64,000 nt of DNA, from positions 3,232,001 to 3,296,000 of the forward strand of contig CBDASK010000003.1 of the NCBI GenBank assembly GCA_965199495.1, written 5' to 3'. Origin of the DNA: Abditibacterium sp. GTDB taxonomy: Bacteria > Armatimonadota > Abditibacteriia > Abditibacteriales > Abditibacteriaceae. The translations under genes and the position numbers were made by a program. The notes beneath the pieces were generated by a model. That model saw only the letters and a list, made by a program, of their open reading frames with translations. It ran no database searches and was not told where the DNA came from. Shown in pieces: positions 1-8,884 of this stretch (position 1 is its first letter; each line of letters opens with the position of its first letter).

Positions 1-368
1 AAGCCGATGCGCTGCTTAACAGCCACGTCGCGTGGGCCGCGCCCGAAAATCTCGACGCTGCCGCCGTTGGGCTTGATGAGGCCCAACAAAAGTTTGAGCG
101 TCGTGGTTTTGCCGGAGCCGTTGGGGCCGACCAAACCGAAAATTTCGCCGCGTTTCACGTCAATTGTTAAGTCATTGAGCGCGACTTTGCCCGCGCGCGA
201 AAACGGCGCGCGATAGGTTTTGTTCAGATCGTGCGTCTGAATAATCACGTCGCCCGCGCCTTCGAGTGGCGCTTTGGTCGCGGTCGCGCCCTTGGGCGTG
301 GCGACGGCGACGGGTGGGGAATCGACGGGTTCGATGGCGATTTCACCCTGAGAATTGGATGGAGGCAT
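1..368 (-). CDS. ABC transporter ATP-binding protein (C-terminal part runs off the window edge)
   Basis: Minus-strand frame from ATG at 368 reads ...GEIFGLVGPNGSGKTTTLKLLLGLIKP (Walker A). Absent from the ORF track because it has no stop in the window. Confidence 0.85.
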   Translation of the reverse strand, partial: MPPSNSQGEIAIEPVDSPPVAVATPKGATATKAPLEGAGDVIIQTHDLNKTYRAPFSRAGKVALNDLTIDVKRGEIFGLVGPNGSGKTTTLKLLLGLIKPNGGSVEIFGRGPRDVAVKQRIG

Positions 369-538
369 GGAATTAAAATCGTTCTGCACCAAATGATGGA
401 CAGAAACTAAATGGGCGCGAAGTTGTCACGCTTCGCAAAATGGGAATAAAAGCACTTTACATTTTAACGAGATAACTCTATGCACGCTTTGTTGATAATC
501 GGGTTTCGTTAAGAAGGCAAGCGAAAATAAGACTTCTT

Positions 539-1447
539 TTACTTCAGTTTCAGCGATGCGATCCAAGGTGCCGGGAAATGCCGCATATAAAAGTCGCGAA
601 GTTTCGCTTTACGCGCACTTTCGTCGTAGCCAATATTCCATCCTAATTTGCGCTCGCAGGCCGGGCAAAAATCGAGCGGCGCACCGTCGGCGTCGGCGAG
701 CGAGTTGGAGCCATTCATCGCGCAACGATAGAAAACGCAGTGCGAAATGCCGAACATATGCCCGGTTTCGTGACACAAAACCTGACAGGCGCGCCGCAGT
801 TGCGCCTTCGCGGGCGCGCCTTTGGTGCGATAGCGCGCCAGCGAATAAACGCCGACGCGCTGGCGATAGGAGGCCAAACCGAAAACGAAACTCAATTTGC
901 CGCTCCACAAATCGCGATTGGTCACCGCCAGATAAGCCGTGGCATCGTCGGGTAAACGCGGTTGGAGCCGCGCCAAAATCGCGTCGGCATCGAATTGTCG
1001 CTGGAATTTGGCGCTGCCCGCACGCGAGGACACACTTAATTTATTCAACGATAGCGGTTTTTCCAATCGCGTAGGCAACATGAAAAACGCGCCGCAAAAT
1101 TGGCGCAACTCTTCCAGTTGCCGCGTTTCTTGCGCGTCGAAATCGCCCAGCGGCAACAGCACCAAAGTGCGCCGTTGCGGCGTCGGGCGCATCGGAAATT
1201 CGCGTCTATAATTTCCAAACGTCTGCACTGGTTCGGCGAAGCTCGCATACCAACCGGGCGCGTTGTCGCGCGTCAGATGCAGCCACGCCGTGTTGGGATC
1301 GCGATTCCATTCGCTCTGGCGGGCGCGCTCGGCCAGAAAATTATCGGTCGTCGCGCCGCCCCAATGTGGATTGATTGCGCTCCAAGCGAGGTAGCCCACG
1401 ATTATGGCGGCGGTGGCTGCAAGTTGGAGGCGGCGCGGTCTGGGCAT
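539..1447 (-). CDS. Archaemetzincin-family (peptidase M54) zinc metalloprotease with N-terminal membrane anchor
   Basis: HETGHMFGISHC (HExxHxxGxxHC), CAMNGSNS Met-turn, FCPAC. Confidence 0.85.
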   Translation of the reverse strand: MPRPRRLQLAATAAIIVGYLAWSAINPHWGGATTDNFLAERARQSEWNRDPNTAWLHLTRDNAPGWYASFAEPVQTFGNYRREFPMRPTPQRRTLVLLPLGDFDAQETRQLEELRQFCGAFFMLPTRLEKPLSLNKLSVSSRAGSAKFQRQFDADAILARLQPRLPDDATAYLAVTNRDLWSGKLSFVFGLASYRQRVGVYSLARYRTKGAPAKAQLRRACQVLCHETGHMFGISHCVFYRCAMNGSNSLADADGAPLDFCPACERKLGWNIGYDESARKAKLRDFYMRHFPAPWIASLKLK

Positions 1448-1478
1448 AATTTGAAACTAAATTCCAAATATAAAAAAT

Positions 1479-1534
1479 CCGATTAAGAGCCTATCGGTGT
1501 GCCGCCGGCGGCACACCGATAGGCTCTTAATCGG
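1479..1534. repeat. Perfect 56-bp palindrome with no spacer
   Basis: CCGATTAAGAGCCTATCGGTGTGCCGCC|GGCGGCACACCGATAGGCTCTTAATCGG; contains the stop codon of the GT4 gene. Confidence 0.95.
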
Positions 1535-2717
1535 TAAATTCGCGATACAACGCTTCAATTTGCGCGGCATGATCGGCGATGTGAAATTTTTCGATAACCG
1601 TCGCGCGCCCGTTGGCGCTCAAATGCTGGCGCAATTCGCTGTCGCGAAAAACGCGCGTCATCGCTTCGGCGAGTTCATCGGGCGCGTGAGGTTTGACCAA
1701 CAATCCGTCTTGGCCGTGCGTCACAATTTCGAGCGGCCCATTTTTGTTGACGGCAATCACCGGGATTTCCAAGGCCATCGCTTCTATCAAGACGCGGCCA
1801 AACGGTTCGTCGCCCGCCGGATGAACCAGGCAATCGAGCGCCGACATCGCGTCAACGGCATCGCTCTGGCGCGGAATGAAGTTGAAATGTTCGATCAAAT
1901 CGTGCTTTTTGATTAGGTCGCGCAATTCTTCGATGTAATCTTGATGTTCGCCGAAAAGGTCGCCGCCAATCGAGACGAAACGCACATTTTTCATGCCCTG
2001 TTGCTGCACCATCTTGGCGGCGGCTTCGATGAAATCGGCGTGGTTTTTCCACGGCACCATTTGGCCGACGATGCCGAAAATAAAAGTATCATCGGGCACG
2101 CCGAGCGTTTCGCGCAAACGCGACGGCATATTGGGGCGCCATTGTTCGGGGTCGAGGCCGTTATAAATAATGCTGATTTTCTCGCGCGGCACGCCATCTT
2201 TTTCGAGTTGCGAGGCCACGCAACCCGAAATCGCGATAACGCGCGTCGCTTTGGAGGCGAGTTGGGGCGCGATTTTGTCCAGCGAAATCAGATCGCGGCA
2301 GTGCCACAGCGCCGGGCGATTGGTGCGCTCGGCAGCCACGCCGCCGACCAAGTGCGCCGTCGTCGAATTGGAATGGATGAGCGCGGCGCCGCTTTGGTCT
2401 ACCAAACGGCAGATAAAAGGCGCGGTCTGCAAAACGTGGAGCAGCGACGCCATGCCATCAATAATGCCGCGTGGCCGCTGCAAACGACGGAGCGGCGCGA
2501 ACGAAACGTTCCAGTGTTCCTCGCGCAATTCGGTGGCAAAAGGCCCATCGCCCGGCAACGCGATAAACGGCTCAAAGGGCGCATCAATCTGGCGCAGGCC
2601 CTTGAGCAGAGCGCGCAACGAAACTTCGGCCCCACTGATCTGCGCCGAGTGATTGAGGTAAAGCACCGTCTTTTTTTCAGTGGGCGAAGCGGGCGTGGAA
2701 TCCGTGGAATTGCTCAT
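1527..2717 (-). CDS. Glycosyltransferase family 4 (GT-B)
   Basis: GAEVSL N-terminal motif, IHSNS, EPFGRVLIEAMA (ExxGxxxxEA). Confidence 0.9.
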   Translation of the reverse strand: MSNSTDSTPASPTEKKTVLYLNHSAQISGAEVSLRALLKGLRQIDAPFEPFIALPGDGPFATELREEHWNVSFAPLRRLQRPRGIIDGMASLLHVLQTAPFICRLVDQSGAALIHSNSTTAHLVGGVAAERTNRPALWHCRDLISLDKIAPQLASKATRVIAISGCVASQLEKDGVPREKISIIYNGLDPEQWRPNMPSRLRETLGVPDDTFIFGIVGQMVPWKNHADFIEAAAKMVQQQGMKNVRFVSIGGDLFGEHQDYIEELRDLIKKHDLIEHFNFIPRQSDAVDAMSALDCLVHPAGDEPFGRVLIEAMALEIPVIAVNKNGPLEIVTHGQDGLLVKPHAPDELAEAMTRVFRDSELRQHLSANGRATVIEKFHIADHAAQIEALYREFTD

Positions 2718-2770
2718 AATTATAACTTTTTGAAACTACTTCAAATTATACCTTGCCGTCGCGAAAATTT

Positions 2771-3616
2771 CTAATTAATTTCGCCATTCAACCAGTTTTG
2801 CGTGATCTCGAAAACTTGTTTTTCCCATTCCAATCCGTAAAACGAATGATTGGCGCCCGCCACGATTTCGACAACGGGCGGGCGCGCCGAGTGTCGCGCA
2901 TACCAATCTTTTGCTTCGGGCGCGATGGGGTCGGCGTCGCCATAAATTTGCAAAATCGGGCCGCGATATTTTTTCCAATCGCTCAGCGATTGCGCGCGAA
3001 AGCCCGGCGGCAATTGGCCGGGTTCGCGCGATTCGACGTTTTTATTGGCCGCGCCGCCGCCGCCTTTCATCGCTTTGCCGACGGCGGCGGTATCCACCTG
3101 GCCGCGCGCGATTTTGAGATAAGTTCGCGGATCCAAAAGTTTGCGCGCGTATTTGCCCAAGTTCGCCGCGCGCTTTTTTTGCTGCCCCGATTGTTCCGGC
3201 AGCGCCGCGAAAATCGGCGCGCTCCACAACGCGATGCCGTCCCACTTTTCGCCCGCCGCCGCGACCGCGATTTCGCAGCCCGAACACAAACCAACCGCGA
3301 TGAATTTTTCGCTTTCGCTTTGTTTTCGCAACAGTTCCAACGCGCAAAACGTATCGTCGCGCATCGTCGCCAGCGTGGCGAGTTCGGTATCGCCTTCGCT
3401 GTCGCCGCGCCCGGCGAAATCGAAGCGCAACGAATCGAAACCCAACGCGCCAAAGTGGCGCGCGGCGCGCGTCAACATTTGGTGCGGCCCAGTGCGATAA
3501 CCGCTCCATCCATGCAAAAACAATAGAGCGCCACGCGGTGTCTGCTCCGTTTGGTGCAACACGCCGACGAGCGTTTCGTCGCGCGCGTTGGGGAAAGTCA
3601 GGGGGAGTTCGGGCAT
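2771..3616 (-). CDS. Alpha/beta hydrolase resembling exosortase A system-associated hydrolase 1
   Basis: LRFDFAGRGDSEG, GLCSG nucleophile elbow, GANHSF. Start moved to ATG 3616 (MPELPL); the longer ORF reads through a palindrome. Confidence 0.8.
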   Translation of the reverse strand: MPELPLTFPNARDETLVGVLHQTEQTPRGALLFLHGWSGYRTGPHQMLTRAARHFGALGFDSLRFDFAGRGDSEGDTELATLATMRDDTFCALELLRKQSESEKFIAVGLCSGCEIAVAAAGEKWDGIALWSAPIFAALPEQSGQQKKRAANLGKYARKLLDPRTYLKIARGQVDTAAVGKAMKGGGGAANKNVESREPGQLPPGFRAQSLSDWKKYRGPILQIYGDADPIAPEAKDWYARHSARPPVVEIVAGANHSFYGLEWEKQVFEITQNWLNGEIN

Positions 3617-3627
3617 AAATTTAGAAC

Positions 3628-3744
3628 GTAGATGCGATATAAAATCGCAGCCAAGGAAGTCGTCGGCCTTCGCCGACGGTTTGAACTTTCTTCTGTCGGC
3701 GAAGGCCGACGACTTCCTTGGCTGCGATTTTATATCGCATCTAC
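3628..3744. repeat. REPIN-like inverted repeat, family A copy 1 (50-bp arms, 17-nt spacer, GTAG end)
   Basis: GTAGATGCGATATAAAATCGCAGCCAAGGAAGTCGTCGGCCTTCGCCGAC followed by its exact reverse complement. Confidence 0.9.
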
Positions 3745-4470
3745 AAATTCGAGCGATTCTAAAAGCGGCACGGGCGGCGTGTAATCGAGCAAATTCCAGA
3801 ATGCGGGCATCACAATCGCGCGCGTTTGCGCGCCGATTTGGTCGGCGAAATTTTGCAGCGGCGGCGCCATCGCATTGCGCGGTCCGACGTTCCACGCTTG
3901 CGCTTCGCCCTCAAATTGAACGGCGTCGCGTAAATCGAGCGCGTTCAATTCGTCGCGTAAATTCTCGCCCAACGCCCAGCCGTCCAAATCTCCGGCGGGT
4001 AACGCGGCGCCGCCGCCCGCCATCGAAACGCGCATTTTCTGGCGCATATTGAGTTGGCTCAGCATCGCGCGCCCGGTTAATATCGGTTCGATGAGCAATA
4101 AGCGCGACGCGCGTTCGCGTTCGAGATAAGCCAGCGAGGCGCCTAATCGCACGCCCAACAATCCGATTTGTGCATTGGGCGCGCGCCCCGCGACAACAGC
4201 CACGGCGGCGGCGATGTCGGCGCGCCACGCGGTCAAAGTCGCGTCGGCGAAATCGCCGTGGCTGTCCCCAGTGCCGCGATACGAGAAAAATAGCGATGCC
4301 TCGCCGCGCGCTTGCAACGCCAACGCGATTTCGGTCAACGTGCGATGCGCCGATTTTTCTTCTTCGGCAAACGGCGGGCAAATCACCCAGACGCGTTCGG
4401 CGTTTTCGGCGCCGCGCCAAACTCCGAAAAGTTGAAGTTCGCCAGACGGGAAAAAGAGCGGTTCGAGCAT
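3730..4470 (-). CDS. Alpha/beta hydrolase-like protein resembling exosortase A system-associated hydrolase 2
   Basis: CPPFAEEEK, YRGTGDSHGDF, GVRLGA. Confidence 0.8.
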   Translation of the reverse strand: MLEPLFFPSGELQLFGVWRGAENAERVWVICPPFAEEEKSAHRTLTEIALALQARGEASLFFSYRGTGDSHGDFADATLTAWRADIAAAVAVVAGRAPNAQIGLLGVRLGASLAYLERERASRLLLIEPILTGRAMLSQLNMRQKMRVSMAGGGAALPAGDLDGWALGENLRDELNALDLRDAVQFEGEAQAWNVGPRNAMAPPLQNFADQIGAQTRAIVMPAFWNLLDYTPPVPLLESLEFVDAI

Positions 4471-4490
4471 AAACTCAATTTAATGCTTCA

Positions 4491-4581
4491 TTAGCCAAGA
4501 AAAGGCACAAAAAATACCAAGATTGGAACAAAAATGTTTTCGTCCACACCTTTTGATTTTTTTGTGCCTTTTCGCGGCTAA
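4491..4581. repeat. Inverted repeat, A/C-rich AAAGGCACAAAAAA family, copy 1
   Basis: TTAGCCAAGAAAAGGCACAAAAAA ... TTTTTTGTGCCTTTTCGCGGCTAA; related to 32890-33058. Confidence 0.75.
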
Positions 4582-4586
4582 CAAAA

Positions 4587-4838
4587 TCAGTTGGTTTGTT
4601 TCGATTCGACCAATGCCGCCATCGCGTTGACGGTCTCAAAGTTGGTGGGCGAAAACTCCATGTCTTCCATTGAAATATCGAACTCGGATTCGAGGCCGAC
4701 GACCAACTCGAACAGCGCGACCGAATCAATATCGTAGGTTTCCATCAGCGACGCGTCGTCGGCGATGGTGTCGGGATCAACGGGCAAAAACAGCCGCTCG
4801 ACGATCATGGTTTTAATGCGGGATTTAAGGGAATTCAT
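4587..4838 (-). CDS. Acyl carrier protein
   Basis: 83 aa, acidic; IDSVALFELV phosphopantetheine Ser motif; C-terminal NFETVNAMAALV. Start at ATG 4838. Confidence 0.85.
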   Translation of the reverse strand: MNSLKSRIKTMIVERLFLPVDPDTIADDASLMETYDIDSVALFELVVGLESEFDISMEDMEFSPTNFETVNAMAALVESKQTN

Positions 4839-4846
4839 GGAGATTT

Positions 4847-5569
4847 TTAGAGAACGGGAACGAGCGCGAAGTAGCAGACCGCGCACCAAACGAGGCCAAT
4901 GACATAGCCGCCGACGACATCGGACGGGAAATGGACGCCCATATAAATGCGGCTCAGGCCAGTAAAAAACACGGTGAGAATCGCGGCCAAAGCCAACAAT
5001 GCGTAGGACAAAAAGGAAATGTGCAGCAAGGGTGCAATTAAAACGCAGCCCGTCCAAAAGCAAAACGATGTCAGCGAATGGCCTGACGGAAACGAGGCAT
5101 CTTTCATTTTGTGGCCGAAACTGCCCTCGGCGCGCTCTGGGCGTGGCCGCTTGAAGACGCGCTTAGAAAAATACGACAGAAACGACGAACCCATGTAGCA
5201 AAATCCGGGAAAAAAGAACAGCGTCTGATGCGCCGGATGTTGGCTCGCCGCCCACGTCGCAAGGCCAATCGAAAGCACGATTAAGCTGGGCGCCGAAGCG
5301 AAATTCGTCCAGAAACGGAAAAACCAGGTGCGCAAAACGCGGTCGGTCGTTGGGTCGGCATGATCGCGATAACGCAGCACGCGCGCCCACTGGCGCACAT
5401 GCGTATCGAGTGCCAGTAAATGCCCACGCACTCTGGGCTTCATGACTTGGAAAATCACCATCAACACGGCGAGCGTCACGATCCAAGCGAGCGCAAAACG
5501 CGGCCCAGCCGTCGGAATAAGCGCGATAAACTGCCGGATAAACGCCCACAGCGCAGAGATTAAACCCAT
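4847..5569 (-). CDS. PAP2-family membrane phosphatase
   Basis: KRVFKRPRP, SFPSGHS, SRIYMGVHFPSDV (C1-C3 motifs). Confidence 0.92.
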   Translation of the reverse strand: MGLISALWAFIRQFIALIPTAGPRFALAWIVTLAVLMVIFQVMKPRVRGHLLALDTHVRQWARVLRYRDHADPTTDRVLRTWFFRFWTNFASAPSLIVLSIGLATWAASQHPAHQTLFFFPGFCYMGSSFLSYFSKRVFKRPRPERAEGSFGHKMKDASFPSGHSLTSFCFWTGCVLIAPLLHISFLSYALLALAAILTVFFTGLSRIYMGVHFPSDVVGGYVIGLVWCAVCYFALVPVL

Positions 5570-5635
5570 CGCGCGCCTCGGCTGAGAAAATGAAAGTTGT
5601 TCATGGGGCGTTTAGTATTTTAGAAATAAATTGGG

Positions 5636-6520
5636 CTAATTGACAACCGTTTGAGCCGCTTGCTTTGGCAACAACTTCTGCCAATCCACTTCGCCAATGT
5701 CGCGTTTGGGCAAAGTTTTCCACGCGGCTTGCGCTTCGGAAGTGCCCGCTTCTCCGGCAAAAGTCGCGCCCCAACGTTTTTTGAACAATACGCCATTTTT
5801 GGCGGTGACGTAACCGAAATTAATATCGTCGCTTCCGGCGGTTGTCGTGTGTTCAAAATGATAAACCTCGACTTCGGGCGCCGTCCAGACTTGCCAACCG
5901 GCGGCGCGCGCGCGGTAGCAAAAATCCAAATCTTCGTATTGAACCGGCGAAAACGCGTCGTCCAAAACGCCGATCTGTTCAATCATCGCGCGTTTCATCA
6001 GCCACGCCGCCGAGATGGCGCACTGAACTTCGCGCGCCGCGTTCGCCGAACCGCGCACATCGCCGCGCGCCAGATAGCGAATGCGTCCGCTCGGCGCAAC
6101 CGCGCAACCGCAACATTCGATGTCAAACGGCGCCCACGGAAACAACAGCGTCGGCGCCACGATACCAATTTCAGCGCGCGCATCCAACGCATCGGCTAAT
6201 TCTTGCAGCCAATTCGCCTGACCGATGATCGTATCGTTATCCAAAAACGCGATGTGCGAGCCGGTGGCTGCTTCAATGGCGGCGTTGCGACCGCGAATCG
6301 CGCCGATGTTGGTCGCAAAATTCAGCGTTTGCACTTCGATACCCGCATTTTTGGCGGCAATTCCCCACTCTTGAAGCAATGTCAACGTGCCATCGCTCGA
6401 ACCGTTATCCACATTGATAATCTGCAACGGGCGCGCGGTTGATGCGAGCAGACTCGTCAGACAGGCGCGCGAATATTCGATTTTGTTGTGATGCAGAATG
6501 ACGACGGAGTAAGTGGCCAT
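5636..6520 (-). CDS. Glycosyltransferase family 2
   Basis: VDNGSSDGT, FLDNDT, YEDLDFCYRA. Confidence 0.9.
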   Translation of the reverse strand: MATYSVVILHHNKIEYSRACLTSLLASTARPLQIINVDNGSSDGTLTLLQEWGIAAKNAGIEVQTLNFATNIGAIRGRNAAIEAATGSHIAFLDNDTIIGQANWLQELADALDARAEIGIVAPTLLFPWAPFDIECCGCAVAPSGRIRYLARGDVRGSANAAREVQCAISAAWLMKRAMIEQIGVLDDAFSPVQYEDLDFCYRARAAGWQVWTAPEVEVYHFEHTTTAGSDDINFGYVTAKNGVLFKKRWGATFAGEAGTSEAQAAWKTLPKRDIGEVDWQKLLPKQAAQTVVN

Positions 6521-6599
6521 GAGGAGAATCTCAGAGTTTACGCCGCTCTAATTAAATTTGTCCGCATCGGCGGAAATTTACGAGTTCAATAAAACGAAA

Positions 6600-6625
6600 A
6601 CCGCGCCCGTGAAAACGGGCGCGGT
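6600..6625 (-). terminator. Intrinsic terminator downstream of the repeat-protein gene
   Basis: ACCGCGCCCGT-GAAA-ACGGGCGCGGT stem with a T-rich tail on the minus strand. Confidence 0.7.
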
Positions 6626-6641
6626 AAAAGCCAACTCAACT

Positions 6642-7376
6642 TTAAAATTTGATGCCGCTTTTAGCGGCCAAATTTTCCTGTCCATCAGCCAATTGTTTTG
6701 CCTCGACGAGTTCCCCGGCTTCTTGAACGGGCGCGTCACCTTCATGGGCGCTCGACATATACATCGTGGGCGCACTGTGCGTGACATGCGACAAACGCGG
6801 ATGAGCATCGGAGACTCCGGCTGAGCTGAGCGCGTTGGCCCATGAACCAAAGTTCTCTTTGCGGCGCGCGGCGCGATAGATGCCGGGTTCGTGCTGCTCG
6901 ATATAGGCCCAGCCCAATGGTTTGCCCTCTTTGGCCAGCGTTTTGATGGTATCGAGAATGCGGTTTTTCGTCCAGACGCGGCTTTCGCGCATCTTTTCGT
7001 GGTCTAACCCGGCGCCTTCAACGGCGCGGCGCCACGAACCGAAATAGCGATGCGCGCACGCCGCCAGATAAAGGCTGCGATGGCGCGTTTTGAATTGCGG
7101 ATCGAGCAAATCTTCGCCATCCGCGTGCAATTCGCAGATGCGCTGGATAATCTCTTCGCGCGTCCAGCGTTGTTTGACGCGTTTGAATTCGTCGTAGTTG
7201 AAACCGGCGGCTTCGACGGCGGCGCGCCACGAGCCGAAGTGCGAGGCCGAACGCGCTGATGAAAACAGCGCCGAATGTTCGATTTGTGCGGCGGTGGGCG
7301 ACAGATCGGCGCCCTGCATGTGCAGCTGTTTAATCGCCGCGATAATTTTTACTTTGGTCCAAACTTTTCCAGGCAT
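6642..7376 (-). CDS. Protein of three homing-endonuclease-associated-type repeats, no nuclease domain seen
   Basis: Three units of about 60 aa, WTx..II...FGSWxxA(V/L)xxAG; AGGAG RBS before ATG 7376. Confidence 0.75.
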   Translation of the reverse strand: MPGKVWTKVKIIAAIKQLHMQGADLSPTAAQIEHSALFSSARSASHFGSWRAAVEAAGFNYDEFKRVKQRWTREEIIQRICELHADGEDLLDPQFKTRHRSLYLAACAHRYFGSWRRAVEGAGLDHEKMRESRVWTKNRILDTIKTLAKEGKPLGWAYIEQHEPGIYRAARRKENFGSWANALSSAGVSDAHPRLSHVTHSAPTMYMSSAHEGDAPVQEAGELVEAKQLADGQENLAAKSGIKF

Positions 7377-7458
7377 GATTTTCTCTCCTAAAATCAACGA
7401 CTTCTGACTTGGTTCGCGCAAAGCGCGTGAGCGCGGGGCACAATGAGATTTTCTCATT

Positions 7459-7499
7459 TTCGCTCGCTGGGCGCCACAATCAGGCGCCCAGCGAGCGAA
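7459..7499. terminator. 17-bp GC-rich stem-loop downstream of hpf
   Basis: TTCGCTCGCTGGGCGCC-7nt-GGCGCCCAGCGAGCGAA; no clear U-tract on the hpf strand. Confidence 0.5.
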
Positions 7500-7516
7500 T
7501 GTTCAACGAGAAATGT

Positions 7517-8194
7517 TCAATCGGGCACCGGCTCGATCAAGCCGTAGCCGCCACCGTTGCGCCGGTAAACCACGCCGACTTCGTTGTCGCGACTGTTGCG
7601 AAAAACGAAGAAATCGTGGCCCAGCAAGTCCATTTGTAATGACGCCTCGTCAGGCGACATCGGTTTGAGCGCGAATCGTTTCACGCGCACCATCGAATCG
7701 GGATGGGCCATTCCATCGCCCATCATCGCGTCCATATCGGCCTCTTCGCCGCTATTTCCTTTGCCCGCGCCATTTGAAGCGTCGTCGTATTCGCGCTTGG
7801 GCATCGAAAGCGGGGCGATAGTCGCCGCCGTGGCTCCTTCGTCCGAGGACTTAGGATTCATCACGACGCCGTTTTGATCGTCGCGGTTGTTATGGCGACG
7901 CCCGGTGTTTTGCAGCTTGTCTTTGTAGCGGCGCAGTTGGCTTTGCAACTTGTTAAAGGCCGCATCGAAAGCGGTGCGCATATCGCCCGCGCGCTCTTCG
8001 GCTCTGGTAACAACTCCGCTGTCGAAGAGCGTGACTTCGGCGACAAATTGGCCGCGTTCCTGTTTGATACGCACTTCGGCATCGTCCAAATGGGACGACA
8101 TCTTTTCCAGAGAATTCAGCTTGCTCTCGAAGTGTTCGCGCATGGAGGTCTCGACCTCGCAATTGCGGGTTTGCACGTTCACAGTTTTGATCAT
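7517..8194 (-). CDS. hpf: Long-form ribosome hibernation promoting factor (RaiA/HPF)
   Basis: N-terminal domain DMRTAFDAAFNKLQSQLRRYKDKL; C-terminal domain KPMSPDEASLQMDLLGHDFFVF...VVYRRNGGGYGLIEP. Confidence 0.9.
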   Translation of the reverse strand: MIKTVNVQTRNCEVETSMREHFESKLNSLEKMSSHLDDAEVRIKQERGQFVAEVTLFDSGVVTRAEERAGDMRTAFDAAFNKLQSQLRRYKDKLQNTGRRHNNRDDQNGVVMNPKSSDEGATAATIAPLSMPKREYDDASNGAGKGNSGEEADMDAMMGDGMAHPDSMVRVKRFALKPMSPDEASLQMDLLGHDFFVFRNSRDNEVGVVYRRNGGGYGLIEPVPD

Positions 8195-8395
8195 AGGTAA
8201 CCTTTCCGAAATACGAGCCATCCCGGTGGCTGATCCATCCCTTCATCTAAAACGCGAAAGGAAGTTCGTCTTCAATGACGATTAATACGCAGGATACCTC
8301 AAATCGTTGTTCTTGTCAGGTTGCCACGTTGGAATCAATTGAAGTGTGTCGAAATTCACACCGCATTCACACGCTATCGGCACAAAAAAACGCGA

Positions 8396-8884
8396 TTAAA
8401 TTTTGTGAATCAGCGCCACCGCGTGCGCGTGCATGCCCAATCCGGCGCCGACATCGTCCAATCCTTCGCCGGTTTTGCCGCGCAAATTCACGCAATCGAG
8501 CGCGATGCCCAGCGCAGCAGCCACGTTGGCTTTCATCTGCGGCACAAACGGCGCGATTTTCGGCTGTTGCGCGATTAAAACCGCGTCCACATTAACGATT
8601 TGCCAGCCGTTTTCGCGCGCCTTGGCGACGGCGCCGCGCAGCAAAACGCCCGAATCGGCATCTTTATAAGCCGCGTCCGTATCGGGAAATAAACGGCCAA
8701 TATCGGGCAAACCCGCCGCGCCGCAAATCGCGTCGGTGATGGCGTGATATAAAACATCGGCGTCGGAGTGGCCCTGCAAACCTTTATCGAACGGCACGAG
8801 GACGCCCGCCAAAATGAGCGGGCGCCCCGTCACCAAACGGTGCGAATCGTAGCCGATACCGACGCGAAAATTGAGTGGGTTCAT
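8396..8884 (-). CDS. ispF: 2-C-methyl-D-erythritol 2,4-cyclodiphosphate synthase
   Basis: RVGIGYDSHRL, GHSDADVLYHAITDA, DIGRLFPDTD. Confidence 0.95.
   Translation of the reverse strand: MNPLNFRVGIGYDSHRLVTGRPLILAGVLVPFDKGLQGHSDADVLYHAITDAICGAAGLPDIGRLFPDTDAAYKDADSGVLLRGAVAKARENGWQIVNVDAVLIAQQPKIAPFVPQMKANVAAALGIALDCVNLRGKTGEGLDDVGAGLGMHAHAVALIHKI

Noticed and set aside
1479..1534. Protelomerase (telRL-like) target site
   Set aside because: Only the length and symmetry are similar; no protelomerase or phage genes are in the window and the site overlaps an ordinary stop codon.
3617..3895. N-terminal extension of the 374-aa hydrolase ORF
   Set aside because: It overlaps hydrolase 2 and reads through the palindrome; the likely start is ATG 3616.
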